Notes: a model not told the origin generated them from the letters alone. A DNA stretch of 64,000 nt from Candidatus Woesearchaeota archaeon (GCA_018302815.1 JAGVZE010000010.1:3523-67522), one strand, 5' to 3'. Shown: positions 17,932-28,814, numbered from the stretch's first letter. Made by a program: numbers and translations.

Positions 17932-18522
17932 CTAACTATTCATTCCCTGCGGGAAAACAAACTCGCCCTTCTGGCACAGAACTACATCTTCTCCATTCAT
18001 CTTGCCAAGAGACCAGCCCTTTTCCCTACCCATCTCGTAAATTCGTTCCAAAAGCTGAGTTCGGTTGTAAGGAGTTCGCTCATAGCAGTACACATCGCCG
18101 CCAATCTGATAGAACGGCTTTGCAGCAGCTGAACTTGAAGGCCAGAAAAAGCCAGTGACTTCCTCTGCAGGGCTCGTAGTTGGAACAGAATAACAGCTGA
18201 ACGCGTCCTGAGGCGCTGGAATCTTGAATGACAAATCATTCCAACAAACGCTCATCTCGCGGATTGTTCTAAATTCTCCCTTAAAAAAAATCATTATGGG
18301 CGTTCGAGAGCCGATTGTCTGCATAGGTCCGGAAGGAACCTGAGGCGAAGGGCCGCCAGGCATATACCTTGGCAAAGCAGTTGTTTGAGCTATACCGCCA
18401 CCGTAGACTTCACTCACACCATATGCTGCAAGACCCTTGTTGACTGTTAAAAGAACTAACGCGGAAATAGCAACAATTAGAACAATACCAAATATAAACG
18501 TTGACGTCTGCCCTCTTTTCAC
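17932..18522 (-). CDS. archaeal type IV pilin-like protein (class III signal peptide)
   Basis: MKRGQTSTFIFGIVLIVAISALVLL has the K/R-G-Q/A/S prepilin-peptidase motif plus a hydrophobic helix. Ser/Thr/Asn-rich body consistent with a glycosylated surface protein. Confidence 0.6.
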   Translation of the reverse strand: MKRGQTSTFIFGIVLIVAISALVLLTVNKGLAAYGVSEVYGGGIAQTTALPRYMPGGPSPQVPSGPMQTIGSRTPIMIFFKGEFRTIREMSVCWNDLSFKIPAPQDAFSCYSVPTTSPAEEVTGFFWPSSSAAAKPFYQIGGDVYCYERTPYNRTQLLERIYEMGREKGWSLGKMNGEDVVLCQKGEFVFPQGMNS

Positions 18523-18602
18523 AAATATCAGAAAGACCTTCCAGTTCTTAAACCTTTGCTAGTTGCGATTACTTTTTATACCCTCCACCGGTTCTTTCAA
18601 TC

Positions 18603-19664
18603 ATGCACGTAGGCATCTATACTGAATGTCTCACTAAACGGTACACGGGAGTAGAAGTGATGGCTCACAGGCTGGTTGAAGAAATCTCTAAAACAAACAA
18701 AGTAACGTGCTTCCACACAAAAAACAAGACACATCCACTATTTACAAATGTAAAACACCACTTATTCAGACGATCTCTGCCAATTCCGGCGTACAACCAA
18801 CTCGCCTCTTTTTTCAGAATGAACTGTTTTAACAAAGTAGACTTGCTCCACCTTCCGCACCCTCACGTGCCCTTCGTGAAAATGCCAAGCATACCTGTTG
18901 TCATGACAGTGCACGATATAATCCCTGCATTTCACCCTGAATTTCATAACACAAAAAGAAGTTTCTATTTTAAACACATACTCCCTGGATTTATTCGCAA
19001 AATGGACGCAATACTTGCGAGCAGCGAAACAACCAAAACGGACCTCATCACACATTACCGGTTGGATGAACAGAAAATCCACGTAGTACCACTGGCGCTG
19101 CCTGAAAAGAAAAACGTAGTGCGCACTCCGCAAGAATTCATTTTATACCTTGGCACTCTTGAACCACGAAAGAATGTCGATGGAATAATCAAAGCGTACT
19201 CACTTCTTAGAAAACAAGGAATCACACATAAACTTGTAATCGCAGGAGGCATGGGCTGGAATTACGAGCACATTTTCAAACTCGTCAGGCAATCAGGCCT
19301 TGAAAACGAAGTGATATTCAAAGGGTATGTCGATGAAGATGAAAAACGAAGACTCTACCAAACCGCAGCACTCTTTGTTTGGCCCTCATTCTATGAAGGA
19401 TTCGGCCTTCCGGTTCTCGAAGCGATGCAGTACGGAGTTCCTGTCGTGACGTCCACCGCGTCCTCCCTTGCGGAAATCGCGGCGGATAGCGCACTCCTTG
19501 CGGATCCGCACTCTCCTGAGTCAATTGCTGATGCTATGAGCGCAGCGCTTGAACCAGTCATGCAAAAAAAACTCTCTCGAAAAGGAATCGAACGCGCCCG
19601 CCTCTTCACAATAGATAATTACGTGAAGAAAACGATTGACGTATATTCAAAGGTGGCTCGATGA
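18603..19664 (+). CDS. glycosyltransferase family 4
   Basis: C-terminal EGFGLPVLEAMQYGVPVVTS is the classic GT4 (GT-B) signature. Confidence 0.8.
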   Translation: MHVGIYTECLTKRYTGVEVMAHRLVEEISKTNKVTCFHTKNKTHPLFTNVKHHLFRRSLPIPAYNQLASFFRMNCFNKVDLLHLPHPHVPFVKMPSIPVVMTVHDIIPAFHPEFHNTKRSFYFKHILPGFIRKMDAILASSETTKTDLITHYRLDEQKIHVVPLALPEKKNVVRTPQEFILYLGTLEPRKNVDGIIKAYSLLRKQGITHKLVIAGGMGWNYEHIFKLVRQSGLENEVIFKGYVDEDEKRRLYQTAALFVWPSFYEGFGLPVLEAMQYGVPVVTSTASSLAEIAADSALLADPHSPESIADAMSAALEPVMQKKLSRKGIERARLFTIDNYVKKTIDVYSKVAR

Positions 19665-20605
19665 AAGTCACAATACTCGTATCCGAAATGGACAACCAAG
19701 GAATGATATTATTCACACTGCACGCGCTCTGCACGCAAAACTACCCCGAAGAACTATATGAAATCATCGTACCCGATATGGGCACTTTTTGCGCGGAAGA
19801 TCGAGCGTTAATAGCTCAATTGCAAGAACAGTTCCCTCAATTGAAAATATTGAAAGACCCATCCAAGAACCGCGCAGAACTCTTCAATCTTGCAGCAAAA
19901 CAAGCGAAAGGAGAACTATTCTGCCTCATAGAAAGCCACTGCTATGCTCACAAAAACTGGATAGCGAACTACGTGAATCTGTTCAAGAAAGAAGGATTCG
20001 ACCTCGCGGCAGGAACCTTCAAAACAGTGCCTACTGATTCTCCCGTAGGTCATGCGCAGGACGAATTCTTCAATGAAGTATGCAGAAGAATCGAGAAACA
20101 AAAAGTCAAATGGTCCTATTTTGACTGCCACAACTCAGCCATCACCCGCACCTGTTATGAAAAACTCAACGGAATGGACGTGCGCTTGCCGAATATGTGC
20201 GAATTCGAGCTGGGAGCCAGAGGCTGCGAACTTGGACTTTCAATACTGCGCACACCAACCAACTTAGTTTGGCATTTCAACGACAACCGCCTCTCCAATT
20301 ACTCGAAAATCGTCCACTGGCAGGGAATAGACCGCACACGCATGCTCATCATCCACGGACCAGAATTCATTAGAAAATATTTTCCTAACCCCCGCTTTGT
20401 CAAACTGCTCCCATACCTCACCCGCCTGCGGCCCATTTTCCTCGCTGCCACACTTTCACTCGTATATCTTTCCAGAATAGGAATCATGGCATCAAGACTC
20501 CTCAAACTCAAAAAGCAGTCAGCTCACTTTTTCATGCACCACGCAGAAAACAGCGTACGCTACGGAATGATAAAAGGCCTTAAAAATTCAAATCAGGTTC
20601 GATGA
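19661..20605 (+). CDS. glycosyltransferase family 2-like protein (paralog of 15923..16870)
   Basis: VTILVSEMDNQG...YEIIVPDMG, FDCHNSAI; C-terminal TM segment; 4-nt overlap with the upstream GT4. Confidence 0.5.
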   Translation: MKVTILVSEMDNQGMILFTLHALCTQNYPEELYEIIVPDMGTFCAEDRALIAQLQEQFPQLKILKDPSKNRAELFNLAAKQAKGELFCLIESHCYAHKNWIANYVNLFKKEGFDLAAGTFKTVPTDSPVGHAQDEFFNEVCRRIEKQKVKWSYFDCHNSAITRTCYEKLNGMDVRLPNMCEFELGARGCELGLSILRTPTNLVWHFNDNRLSNYSKIVHWQGIDRTRMLIIHGPEFIRKYFPNPRFVKLLPYLTRLRPIFLAATLSLVYLSRIGIMASRLLKLKKQSAHFFMHHAENSVRYGMIKGLKNSNQVR

Positions 20606-20609
20606 AACC

Positions 20610-21680
20610 ATGCGCATACTACACCTCGCCAAATACTACCCTCCAACAAAAGGAGGCATGGAAACCCACATCTCAACACTATGTGAAGAGCTCAGCTCAC
20701 AAGGACATGACGTCACATGCTACGCGTTCGGACAGGTGAAGGAAAACACAAAAGGAGTGAACGTAAAAATCTTCAAGAGCCTGTTCAAAACACCACCCTT
20801 CTCACCTGCTCTCCTATGGACTCTATTAACCAATCGAAATAAATTTGATATTGTACATGTACACATGCCAAACCCATGGGTTGAACTTTGCGCACTCATA
20901 GCAAAACCAAAAAAACTCGTCGCATCATACCATTCAGACATCATAGGCAAACGCGGAGCGTCGTTGTATTTGCCCTTCCAAAGAATTCTGCTTCGACGCG
21001 CTAACGCAATAATATCCGCATCAAAACAATATTCTCAAACATCCGACCAACTAAGGCGATTCCACTCAAAAATCACACTAATACCGTACGGGATAACTCC
21101 TTTAGCCATATCAGATACTCAATTGGTCAAAGAAATACGTTCTCGCTCAAAGGGCCCAATTTATCTTTTCGTCGGAAGACTAGTCCACTATAAGGGAGTT
21201 CGCTACCTGATAGAAGCTATGGGAAGCACCGATGGAACGCTCATAATTGTCGGAGATGGCCCCCTCAAAAAAGAGCTAGCCGATCTTGTGCGCTCTCTCA
21301 AACTCAGCGATAAGATTGTTTTTGCGCAAAACGTGACTGATGAGCAGCTGCCATCATTTTATGAAGCGTGCGACGTTTTTATCCTCCCCTCTATAAATCG
21401 AGCTGAAGGTTTTGGAATAGTACAACTAGAAGCGATGATGCGCGCAAAGCCAGTCATCAGCACAAGACTTGGAACAGGAACCGATGAGATCAACATTCAC
21501 GGTAAAACCGGACTCACAGTTGAACCTGAAAACCCAAAACAGCTATCAGACGCAATGAATACTCTTGACCGCGACCCCTTGCTAAGAATAGCTCTTGGAA
21601 AGGAAGCAAAGAAAAACGCGTCAAAATATAGCGCCTCAAGAATGACCCGCGATATTCTTGCTATTTATCGAACTATTTGA
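20610..21680 (+). CDS. glycosyltransferase family 4
   Basis: EGFGIVQLEAMMRAKPVIST motif; ~356 aa. Confidence 0.8.
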   Translation: MRILHLAKYYPPTKGGMETHISTLCEELSSQGHDVTCYAFGQVKENTKGVNVKIFKSLFKTPPFSPALLWTLLTNRNKFDIVHVHMPNPWVELCALIAKPKKLVASYHSDIIGKRGASLYLPFQRILLRRANAIISASKQYSQTSDQLRRFHSKITLIPYGITPLAISDTQLVKEIRSRSKGPIYLFVGRLVHYKGVRYLIEAMGSTDGTLIIVGDGPLKKELADLVRSLKLSDKIVFAQNVTDEQLPSFYEACDVFILPSINRAEGFGIVQLEAMMRAKPVISTRLGTGTDEINIHGKTGLTVEPENPKQLSDAMNTLDRDPLLRIALGKEAKKNASKYSASRMTRDILAIYRTI

Positions 21681-24236
21681 TTTCATACTAGAAAAATTAG
21701 AGCGCGAATTTGATTCTGGCGAACGCTCCCATTCTATTCTCCACACGAGTATCCGCTCAGGATCGAATTCCTCGTGGGCAAGAGAGAAACCATCGAACGC
21801 GCCCCCCACATAGAATCCGACAATCATACTGTTCACATATTCCTCGGACACTATCATCGACTTGAAGACGCCCTCGTCCTCAAAGACAATCAATGAATGC
21901 TCTGAAGGAGCATCATCATACAATCGTTCATATCTAGTCTCATTCATAATAATCACTACCCGTCTTGGATGGGTCTTTCCCTTCACCGCACCCACTTTTT
22001 CTGAATCGACCAAGAAATCCCCGCACATTAAATCAGCCTCATTCACAGGCCTGCACATCCTCAAAGGAGACACATATCCGTCAGGCGGCGCTATCTCCTG
22101 CGCAAACGCGTCCTCGTACAACTGCTCAGCGCCAGATTGGGACAAACCCAACTCTTCACTGATTCGCGATATCGCTTGTTCCTGCGGAATCTTCAGCACC
22201 AACTCACGCACGATGCCTAAAGTCTCGTTCCACTTCGATATTGTTGAGATTGACGGAATCACATCAAGGATATCCCTATTCATCAAAAAATACGCTTCAG
22301 GGGGAGCGCAATGCGTGAGATTAAGCAGATCACCAGCCGCGCGCTCATCCAAGATTTTTTTTGCGGTTTCTTCATCACTACGAAGAACTTCCTCAATAAC
22401 GTACCCCGCAGAAAGCCCTAACCGGGATTCTAACACCTGCAATCCATCATGACCTGCGCAGTCAATCATCCGAAACACATTCATCGCGAAAGATTCGTTA
22501 TCGGACAGAAGCGCCCTTGACATCCAATGAGCCACATCAGTAGGACCAGCATCAAGAACTGTGCCTCGCCTCGATGCGTATTGCCAAACATAACCAAAAT
22601 CCCACCACGTATTAATTATGCTAGCCCTGGACGTGTTGGCCTGAAACCACTCCCCTGTTTTTGCTATCGCATCATTCATCCTAGGCAAAGGCACAGTATC
22701 AGTATCAATCATTGAAACACCAACTGTTGAAGAGAGCGCCAAAAGAACCACGACACAAACAACACGCCGGGAATTTATGTCCAAACTGGAGAAAAAGTCA
22801 GCAGTCCAACGAGCCAATTTCGCGAAAGAAAACCCTGCCAATATGCACGCAGGCGGAGCGAGGAAAAACATAAAACGGTTCCCCTGCAGAGTCGGCAAGA
22901 AAAGAACAGCCATCCACGATAGGAAGAAAAGCTCAGCCGGCATCAAAGTACGACGAACGAGCCGCGCGCATAACATCACAAGCGCGGCAAAAACAAACCC
23001 TACAAACACCAACCCACCGAAATTTTCCACCCACACCGATACGCTTGGAGCCATCAACTCCATAACCGTCTCGTGGATTCCAGGCATCTTGTTCGTAAAC
23101 TGAAACTTCCTTAGAACCTTTCCAACATATCCGAACCACCATAAAAACGCCAGCGAGGCCACGCCCAACAGGGCAGCTAAAGACGCGCGAGTTATCTTAG
23201 ACTCTCTATCAGGCGCGCACCAAACTGAAAACGCGGAGTACGCCAAAAAAAATGCTGCCAAAACACCCAGCACAAAATACCAGCCTCCCCAGCTAAAACG
23301 CAGACCAACAAGAGCAAGGCAAGCAATCACGACTGCGGCCACCTTTTGAAGCACGCCTTTTCGCATAAACAAAACCACTCCAAGAAAGAAAATTAAAGAC
23401 AGAGGCATTATCACTATAGTAGTATCGGTAAAACCAGCCATATTCTGACGAAAAAAAAAAGGGTGCATCGCGAACAACAAAGACGCAAGGAAAGCCACAA
23501 TCCTATCTTGGAACCCAAGAAACGCGATAATAAATACCAGCACAACAGATATCATTCCTAAAAAGACAGGAAGATAAAATGCAGACTCCATCAATGACGA
23601 ATCTGAATCGAAGACGTTCCAAACTTTAAAGAAATACGCCTCGATGAACGGCAACAATGTGAACTCAGCTCCCACACCCTGCGGTTTTCGACGCAAGGAG
23701 TCGAATGGAACTTCATCCTTTAGCGTATCGCCCTGATGCCCTCGTTCCAACACGTTCCTTGCGTATCGAAGAAAATAGTACGCATCATACTCCAAAAGAT
23801 ATGGATGCCCCTCTTTTGCCTTGAACTTAGCCTTGTTTTCCTCAATCGCTGATTGAAGTGCGCCGCTTTGCTTTAGCTTAGCAAGAGTCTCTTTTATCTT
23901 TGGCCCCGCAATAGCGGAAATCTCGCCCCCGAGCAACTGAGGATACTGCGCTTGAATCTGACGCGTGACCTCATTTGAAACCGCGCCCTCTATCTGCTTT
24001 TCAAAAATCCCATCCATCACGCTCAAAGAGGCAGTCGAAGATAGTATCAAAGCGCACACGATAAGCGGAATCAAAATAAGCATCCAAAGCGCAGGCTCGA
24101 AAAACGGCTCGCGCTCTTTTTGAACCGGCTCATCTTTTACCTCCTCAGCTTTTTTTTGCTTTTCGAAAAACTCGCCCATGTTAAGATATTGACCCACTGA
24201 TTGATGAGCGTGCTTTTCAGGCAAGGACTGAGTCAT
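21636..24236 (-). CDS. aglB: oligosaccharyltransferase AglB (STT3 family)
   Basis: 866 aa; N-terminal multi-TM region and C-terminal periplasmic domain with WWDFGYVWQY (the WWDYG motif). Confidence 0.8.
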   Translation of the reverse strand: MTQSLPEKHAHQSVGQYLNMGEFFEKQKKAEEVKDEPVQKEREPFFEPALWMLILIPLIVCALILSSTASLSVMDGIFEKQIEGAVSNEVTRQIQAQYPQLLGGEISAIAGPKIKETLAKLKQSGALQSAIEENKAKFKAKEGHPYLLEYDAYYFLRYARNVLERGHQGDTLKDEVPFDSLRRKPQGVGAEFTLLPFIEAYFFKVWNVFDSDSSLMESAFYLPVFLGMISVVLVFIIAFLGFQDRIVAFLASLLFAMHPFFFRQNMAGFTDTTIVIMPLSLIFFLGVVLFMRKGVLQKVAAVVIACLALVGLRFSWGGWYFVLGVLAAFFLAYSAFSVWCAPDRESKITRASLAALLGVASLAFLWWFGYVGKVLRKFQFTNKMPGIHETVMELMAPSVSVWVENFGGLVFVGFVFAALVMLCARLVRRTLMPAELFFLSWMAVLFLPTLQGNRFMFFLAPPACILAGFSFAKLARWTADFFSSLDINSRRVVCVVVLLALSSTVGVSMIDTDTVPLPRMNDAIAKTGEWFQANTSRASIINTWWDFGYVWQYASRRGTVLDAGPTDVAHWMSRALLSDNESFAMNVFRMIDCAGHDGLQVLESRLGLSAGYVIEEVLRSDEETAKKILDERAAGDLLNLTHCAPPEAYFLMNRDILDVIPSISTISKWNETLGIVRELVLKIPQEQAISRISEELGLSQSGAEQLYEDAFAQEIAPPDGYVSPLRMCRPVNEADLMCGDFLVDSEKVGAVKGKTHPRRVVIIMNETRYERLYDDAPSEHSLIVFEDEGVFKSMIVSEEYVNSMIVGFYVGGAFDGFSLAHEEFDPERILVWRIEWERSPESNSRSNFSSMKSNSSINSKNIAGHS

Positions 24237-25183
24237 TCTTTCACCCTACGCGCGATCACAAAGAGCTGTATGCCTCCCGTTGGAAACAGCCAAAAAATCG
24301 GATAGGTCAATAGCGCAGGAACAATAAAAAGTCGACGGCACGCCCTTAAAATCAAGCGCTTCAAACTAAATCCTCTAACATCAACTGACCTATATGAGTT
24401 TCTTGCGCTTGGAAGAGCAAGAGCCACAATCCGTTCAAACGTGAAAACCCAATTGCCAAAATGATGAGTTTGTATCTTCGCAGAAAACCCATTGCGCCTC
24501 AAAAATTGCCTCAATGAGCGAGCATTCCACCTCAAAAAGTGATGAGGCGGACTATCCATCTCCTTTGGAAGAAGCCGAGATGAAATAGGACGATTCGGAA
24601 CAGTAAGAACCAGCACACCGTCACGCTCCAACATCAAGGAAATGCCGCGCAAGAAACCAGCAGGATCAGACTGATGCTCAAGAGTCTCAAAACAAGTTAT
24701 AATGTCAAAACACCCGCGTTTTTTCAAGCAGTATTCCTGCGGGCTTGCCGCAGAAAGCATCAATCCATACTCCCTCTTCCCATATTCAATCAGAGAACGA
24801 TTGAAATCCATACCTTCGACCGAGTATCTGCCCCTGCACTTATTCAGAAAATTCCCAGTGGCACACCCTACATCAAGAAGCGTTTTTTTGCCATTGAAAC
24901 GTTTCCCGCAAAAAACTTTGTGATACCATGCAAGAGGAACATCACGCTCCAACTGAGCGTAGTCAGGATGACTCTCATAAAAAACAGGGTCTATCACAGA
25001 TGGACTTGAAAACACAAGATCGCACCTAACGCACTTGAAAAGCGTAAAATCCATCCAACGCTCAACAAAAACGCAAGGAGCTTCCAACTCGCAAGAAGGG
25101 CACATTGAAGAAACCTCAACCATTTTTCCTCCAAGCCAGCCTAAACAGCTCAACATGCAACTGAGCGCATTGATCCCAATCAT
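24233..25183 (-). CDS. class I SAM-dependent methyltransferase with N-terminal zinc ribbon
   Basis: CPSCE...CVRCD ribbon; LLDVGCATGNFL (motif I) and DIITCFETLEH. Confidence 0.7.
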   Translation of the reverse strand: MIGINALSCMLSCLGWLGGKMVEVSSMCPSCELEAPCVFVERWMDFTLFKCVRCDLVFSSPSVIDPVFYESHPDYAQLERDVPLAWYHKVFCGKRFNGKKTLLDVGCATGNFLNKCRGRYSVEGMDFNRSLIEYGKREYGLMLSAASPQEYCLKKRGCFDIITCFETLEHQSDPAGFLRGISLMLERDGVLVLTVPNRPISSRLLPKEMDSPPHHFLRWNARSLRQFLRRNGFSAKIQTHHFGNWVFTFERIVALALPSARNSYRSVDVRGFSLKRLILRACRRLFIVPALLTYPIFWLFPTGGIQLFVIARRVKE

Positions 25184-27527
25184 ACCTCTTAGACACCATC
25201 AGGCGCGCAGCCTCATTTTGCACTGCCTTGCCTGCGCGAGCCTCAAGAATGGTTATGCCTTGCGCCACATCTTCACTTGACTTAAAATAACTACCTGATT
25301 TTCCAAGCACTTCCCTATTGAATAAATTCTCGTGAGCTATAATAGTGCACCCAGCGCCGGCTGCCGAAAGCAACGATGGATTCGTCCCTCCGACACTATG
25401 ACCGTGGAAATATGCAAACGAATAAAACCTCAGCGCGTCAGTAATCCTATCGTCAAATATGCCCCCCATGAATCGCACACTCGCACATTCAAAACTTTTT
25501 CTTAGTGATTTTCCATACGGAGTATTGGCAGGACCCACAATTATCAAGTCTTTTCCGCTTTTCGAATTCAAGAAACCAGTTATTATTAAATCAACGTTAT
25601 TTTCAGGCTCAAGACGCGCTATGACCAGATAATAATTATTTGCACGAACTTTTATCCCTTCAAGAAAACTTTTGTCTGCTGTTCGACACACATCCGCGCC
25701 ATACGCTGCGTATTTTGCATCGACACCGTATGTGGTGTCGTAATAATCAACGAGAACTTTTGAATCCACAACTACCATAGCCGCGACCTTTGTGGCGAAC
25801 CACTCGGAGAAACGCAAATAAAGACGGGCAAATGCGCCCCATTTAGACCGTTTCCATTCCAATCCATCCATATTTATCAGAACAGTCTTGCCGAGCATCC
25901 TTGGAACGACGCAGAATATGCTGCTTGAATAGCCAAGCACATACACAAATCTGCTATCATCAAAGCTCGCCCGCACAAGACAATGCAAGTCATATAAAAG
26001 CGTTCCTGCCGCGCCAAGATAATAACTGTAATCTCGAACAACAACTCTCCTAATCCCCCGATAGACTTTTTTAGTGAACTCTCCTTTCGGACAACAAACA
26101 CTTACCTTGAATCCCTTTTTCAAAAGCCCAATCCCGAGCCGCTCTACAAATGTCTCAAATCCACCATATTTCGCAGGAATCCCCCTTGTTCCAAGTATCG
26201 ATACCGATTTGCTGTCCAATCGAGGCATACTGGTCAAGCGGTCAAGAGCAAAAGAAGCAAACGGATAGAGCGCGAGCAGCGCGGTAAGTCGCCACCTGAC
26301 AAATGGAGCGATAGTCACTACAAAATACGAAAGAAATAGAAACATTCCCAGAGCGTACCCGCTCAAAACGTACGATTGCTTAACCCTGCGCGACAGAAAT
26401 AACCCAATCAACACAAATGGAATGAGCGCATACCACCACAGAATGGACACTGAATAAAGCAGTTCATACAAACTTTTTGCACCCCATGGAAACGGCAGGA
26501 AAAATCCATATGCCATCGCCAAAGGAAAAAACTTCACCACATCAAGACCTGATTTGAACTCGACAAAGACAGCACTATCATCAAAAAACGCATGATGACT
26601 CGCCATATTGCTTTGCCGCACGGAAGTTATTATTCTTGCAACCCTTGACGGACTACTTTTTAACGCGATAAACGCACTCGATTCTACAGCCTGCTCTGAA
26701 AATGCAGTTTGTGCGAAATCGGTTTCACCTGATTGCGAATCAACCGACACATCAAATATACTCAAAGTGGGCGATATCGAAACCAAAATAAACACCACTG
26801 CTATCGCCGCGAACGTCAAAATTCGCCTCCACGCGACATCAAATATAGAAACTGCCATCATCGCAAGAAGCAATATGAACGCGAAATAGCTGCGATAAAA
26901 AGTATGCATCATAAAAAAGCCCGCTGCAAATAAAAATATGTCATACCATCGATTTTTTGAAATGAAAACATACATCAAAAAACCAACCAAGAACACAGTA
27001 ATAGCCTCTTTTAAAAGCTGAACCGCCCAATAATTCAATGCGGGATCTATTAAAATCAAAAGACTGCAAATGCGAGAAGCAGCCGCACCAAATAAACGAT
27101 ACGCGCAAAGCGATAAGAACAACAATCCAAATGAGGAAAGAATGACGTTAAACAACTCGACGAACGCCACGTGCCGTCCAAAAATCGCGAAAAAAAAAGT
27201 CAGAAGCTTCTCAGGAGTCGGTTTTTCAACAAAAATATCCTTTGTTAAGAATCCTTCATCTGCTAGTTTCTGGGACTCAACCATATAGAATCCACTATCG
27301 GGATGCTCGAACACATTTCCAAATAACCAAACGTTCACCAGTAATATGACGATAATCTTTAGCACAATTGAAAGAAGAAACACACCCAGAAACCATCTCC
27401 GAAGAGGCTCTTTATTAAGCAATAAAAAGAGCCCGACCGCTGAGAAAATAACACAGAATACCAAAAAGCCCATCCCGAACATATCCTCGCGAAAAGCGCA
27501 CTTATTAATAAACATACCGCACATCAC
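25116..27527 (-). CDS. fusion: polytopic membrane domain + glycosyltransferase family 4 (DUF1972-type N-domain)
   Basis: N-terminal ~400 aa multi-TM (polymerase/ligase-like). C-terminal half has ILGTRGIPAKYGGFETFVERL (DUF1972 hallmark) and a GT4 C-domain. Start overlaps the MTase gene by ~68 nt, so the true start is likely an internal Met. Confidence 0.65.
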   Translation of the reverse strand: MMCGMFINKCAFREDMFGMGFLVFCVIFSAVGLFLLLNKEPLRRWFLGVFLLSIVLKIIVILLVNVWLFGNVFEHPDSGFYMVESQKLADEGFLTKDIFVEKPTPEKLLTFFFAIFGRHVAFVELFNVILSSFGLLFLSLCAYRLFGAAASRICSLLILIDPALNYWAVQLLKEAITVFLVGFLMYVFISKNRWYDIFLFAAGFFMMHTFYRSYFAFILLLAMMAVSIFDVAWRRILTFAAIAVVFILVSISPTLSIFDVSVDSQSGETDFAQTAFSEQAVESSAFIALKSSPSRVARIITSVRQSNMASHHAFFDDSAVFVEFKSGLDVVKFFPLAMAYGFFLPFPWGAKSLYELLYSVSILWWYALIPFVLIGLFLSRRVKQSYVLSGYALGMFLFLSYFVVTIAPFVRWRLTALLALYPFASFALDRLTSMPRLDSKSVSILGTRGIPAKYGGFETFVERLGIGLLKKGFKVSVCCPKGEFTKKVYRGIRRVVVRDYSYYLGAAGTLLYDLHCLVRASFDDSRFVYVLGYSSSIFCVVPRMLGKTVLINMDGLEWKRSKWGAFARLYLRFSEWFATKVAAMVVVDSKVLVDYYDTTYGVDAKYAAYGADVCRTADKSFLEGIKVRANNYYLVIARLEPENNVDLIITGFLNSKSGKDLIIVGPANTPYGKSLRKSFECASVRFMGGIFDDRITDALRFYSFAYFHGHSVGGTNPSLLSAAGAGCTIIAHENLFNREVLGKSGSYFKSSEDVAQGITILEARAGKAVQNEAARLMVSKRYDWDQCAQLHVELFRLAWRKNG

Positions 27528-27533
27528 CCCGTT

Positions 27534-28790
27534 ATGCGAACCGCACTCAAGCGCGCGATTTTAAACGGAAAAATAGTAGCACAGAACATCAAAGCGCTGG
27601 ATTTATCCTATTTCGCCAAAGGAGCGTTTTGGCTTGGCAGCTCATACGTGATAATAGCACTAATACGCCTTGCACAATCCTCAATCCTCGCGCGCGGCTC
27701 AAGCGTCGAATTTTTCGGCCAGTTCCAATTCGTTCTAAGCATCATCGCAACCCTTACCCTTGCGGCCCTTCCCGGAATGGAAACTGCTATCACACAGGCA
27801 GTCGCGAATAAAAAAACCGCATCGCTTATACTCGGAACAAAAGCAAAACTTAAGTCGAGCCTCATTGGAAGCATATCCCTTCTTGCGCTCGGCGCATTCT
27901 TCACGTTCATAAAACCCCAACCATTCGCTCAAGCGCTAATCGTGGCAGCCCCGCTGTTTCCGATTTACACAAGTTTCAACAGCATTCAAGGATACTATCG
28001 CGGAACGGGCAATTTCAAGATGGCTTCCTTTTGCGAGACCTTGTTCTACTCGGTGAATGCCATCGCATTAATCAGCGCATTTCTAATCACTCATTCGCTC
28101 ACAATCATGCTTCTCTCCATGATGATCGCGGGAGCCACCATAATGATGGCACTATACCTGAACGTAGCGCGAAATATCAGATCCGAAGAATCAGACCCAT
28201 CAACGGTTTCGCTTGGAAAAAGTTTAACCCTTATGAGTGCCATCCAATTTACAACTCCGCACATAGACCGATACATCATCACTGCATTTCTTGGCTTTGA
28301 AGCGCTTGCCATTTACACAATCGCGATATCAATCTCACTATACCTCACATACGGAGGAAAATTGCTGAGCACACTGGTTCTGCCAAAGCTCGCACGCATC
28401 CAAGCCCACCACGAAACGCGCATAAAACACCTATTATTCGCCTATGCTTTTTCCATCGCGGCCACCCTCGCGCTCATCGCACTAGTACTCCCCTATGCAA
28501 TTCCTCTTCTCTTCTCGGACCAATATACGTCATCAATACCGCTGGCCCAGCTCTCCTTGACAGCCCTCGCATTTTCACTGCCATCAATGATTCTAATCAC
28601 TTATTTCCAGACCCGCAAAAACCTGGCGCTCCTTTATAAATTTCAGTTCGCCAAAGGCGCGTTCAACTTCGTACTGCTCATTTTGCTCGTCTCCTGGCTT
28701 GGAATCATGGGCGCAGTCATCAGCAAAATAATCCTTGAACTTTGCGGATTCATCTTCCTTTCAAGACGATTTTATGCAATAAAGATTTAA
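27534..28790 (+). CDS. Wzx-like oligosaccharide flippase (MOP superfamily)
   Basis: 418 aa with ~12 predicted TM helices, positioned among the GT/AglB genes. Confidence 0.55.
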   Translation: MRTALKRAILNGKIVAQNIKALDLSYFAKGAFWLGSSYVIIALIRLAQSSILARGSSVEFFGQFQFVLSIIATLTLAALPGMETAITQAVANKKTASLILGTKAKLKSSLIGSISLLALGAFFTFIKPQPFAQALIVAAPLFPIYTSFNSIQGYYRGTGNFKMASFCETLFYSVNAIALISAFLITHSLTIMLLSMMIAGATIMMALYLNVARNIRSEESDPSTVSLGKSLTLMSAIQFTTPHIDRYIITAFLGFEALAIYTIAISISLYLTYGGKLLSTLVLPKLARIQAHHETRIKHLLFAYAFSIAATLALIALVLPYAIPLLFSDQYTSSIPLAQLSLTALAFSLPSMILITYFQTRKNLALLYKFQFAKGAFNFVLLILLVSWLGIMGAVISKIILELCGFIFLSRRFYAIKI

Positions 28791-28814
28791 AGCGAACGCG
28801 ATTCCGCACATTTT

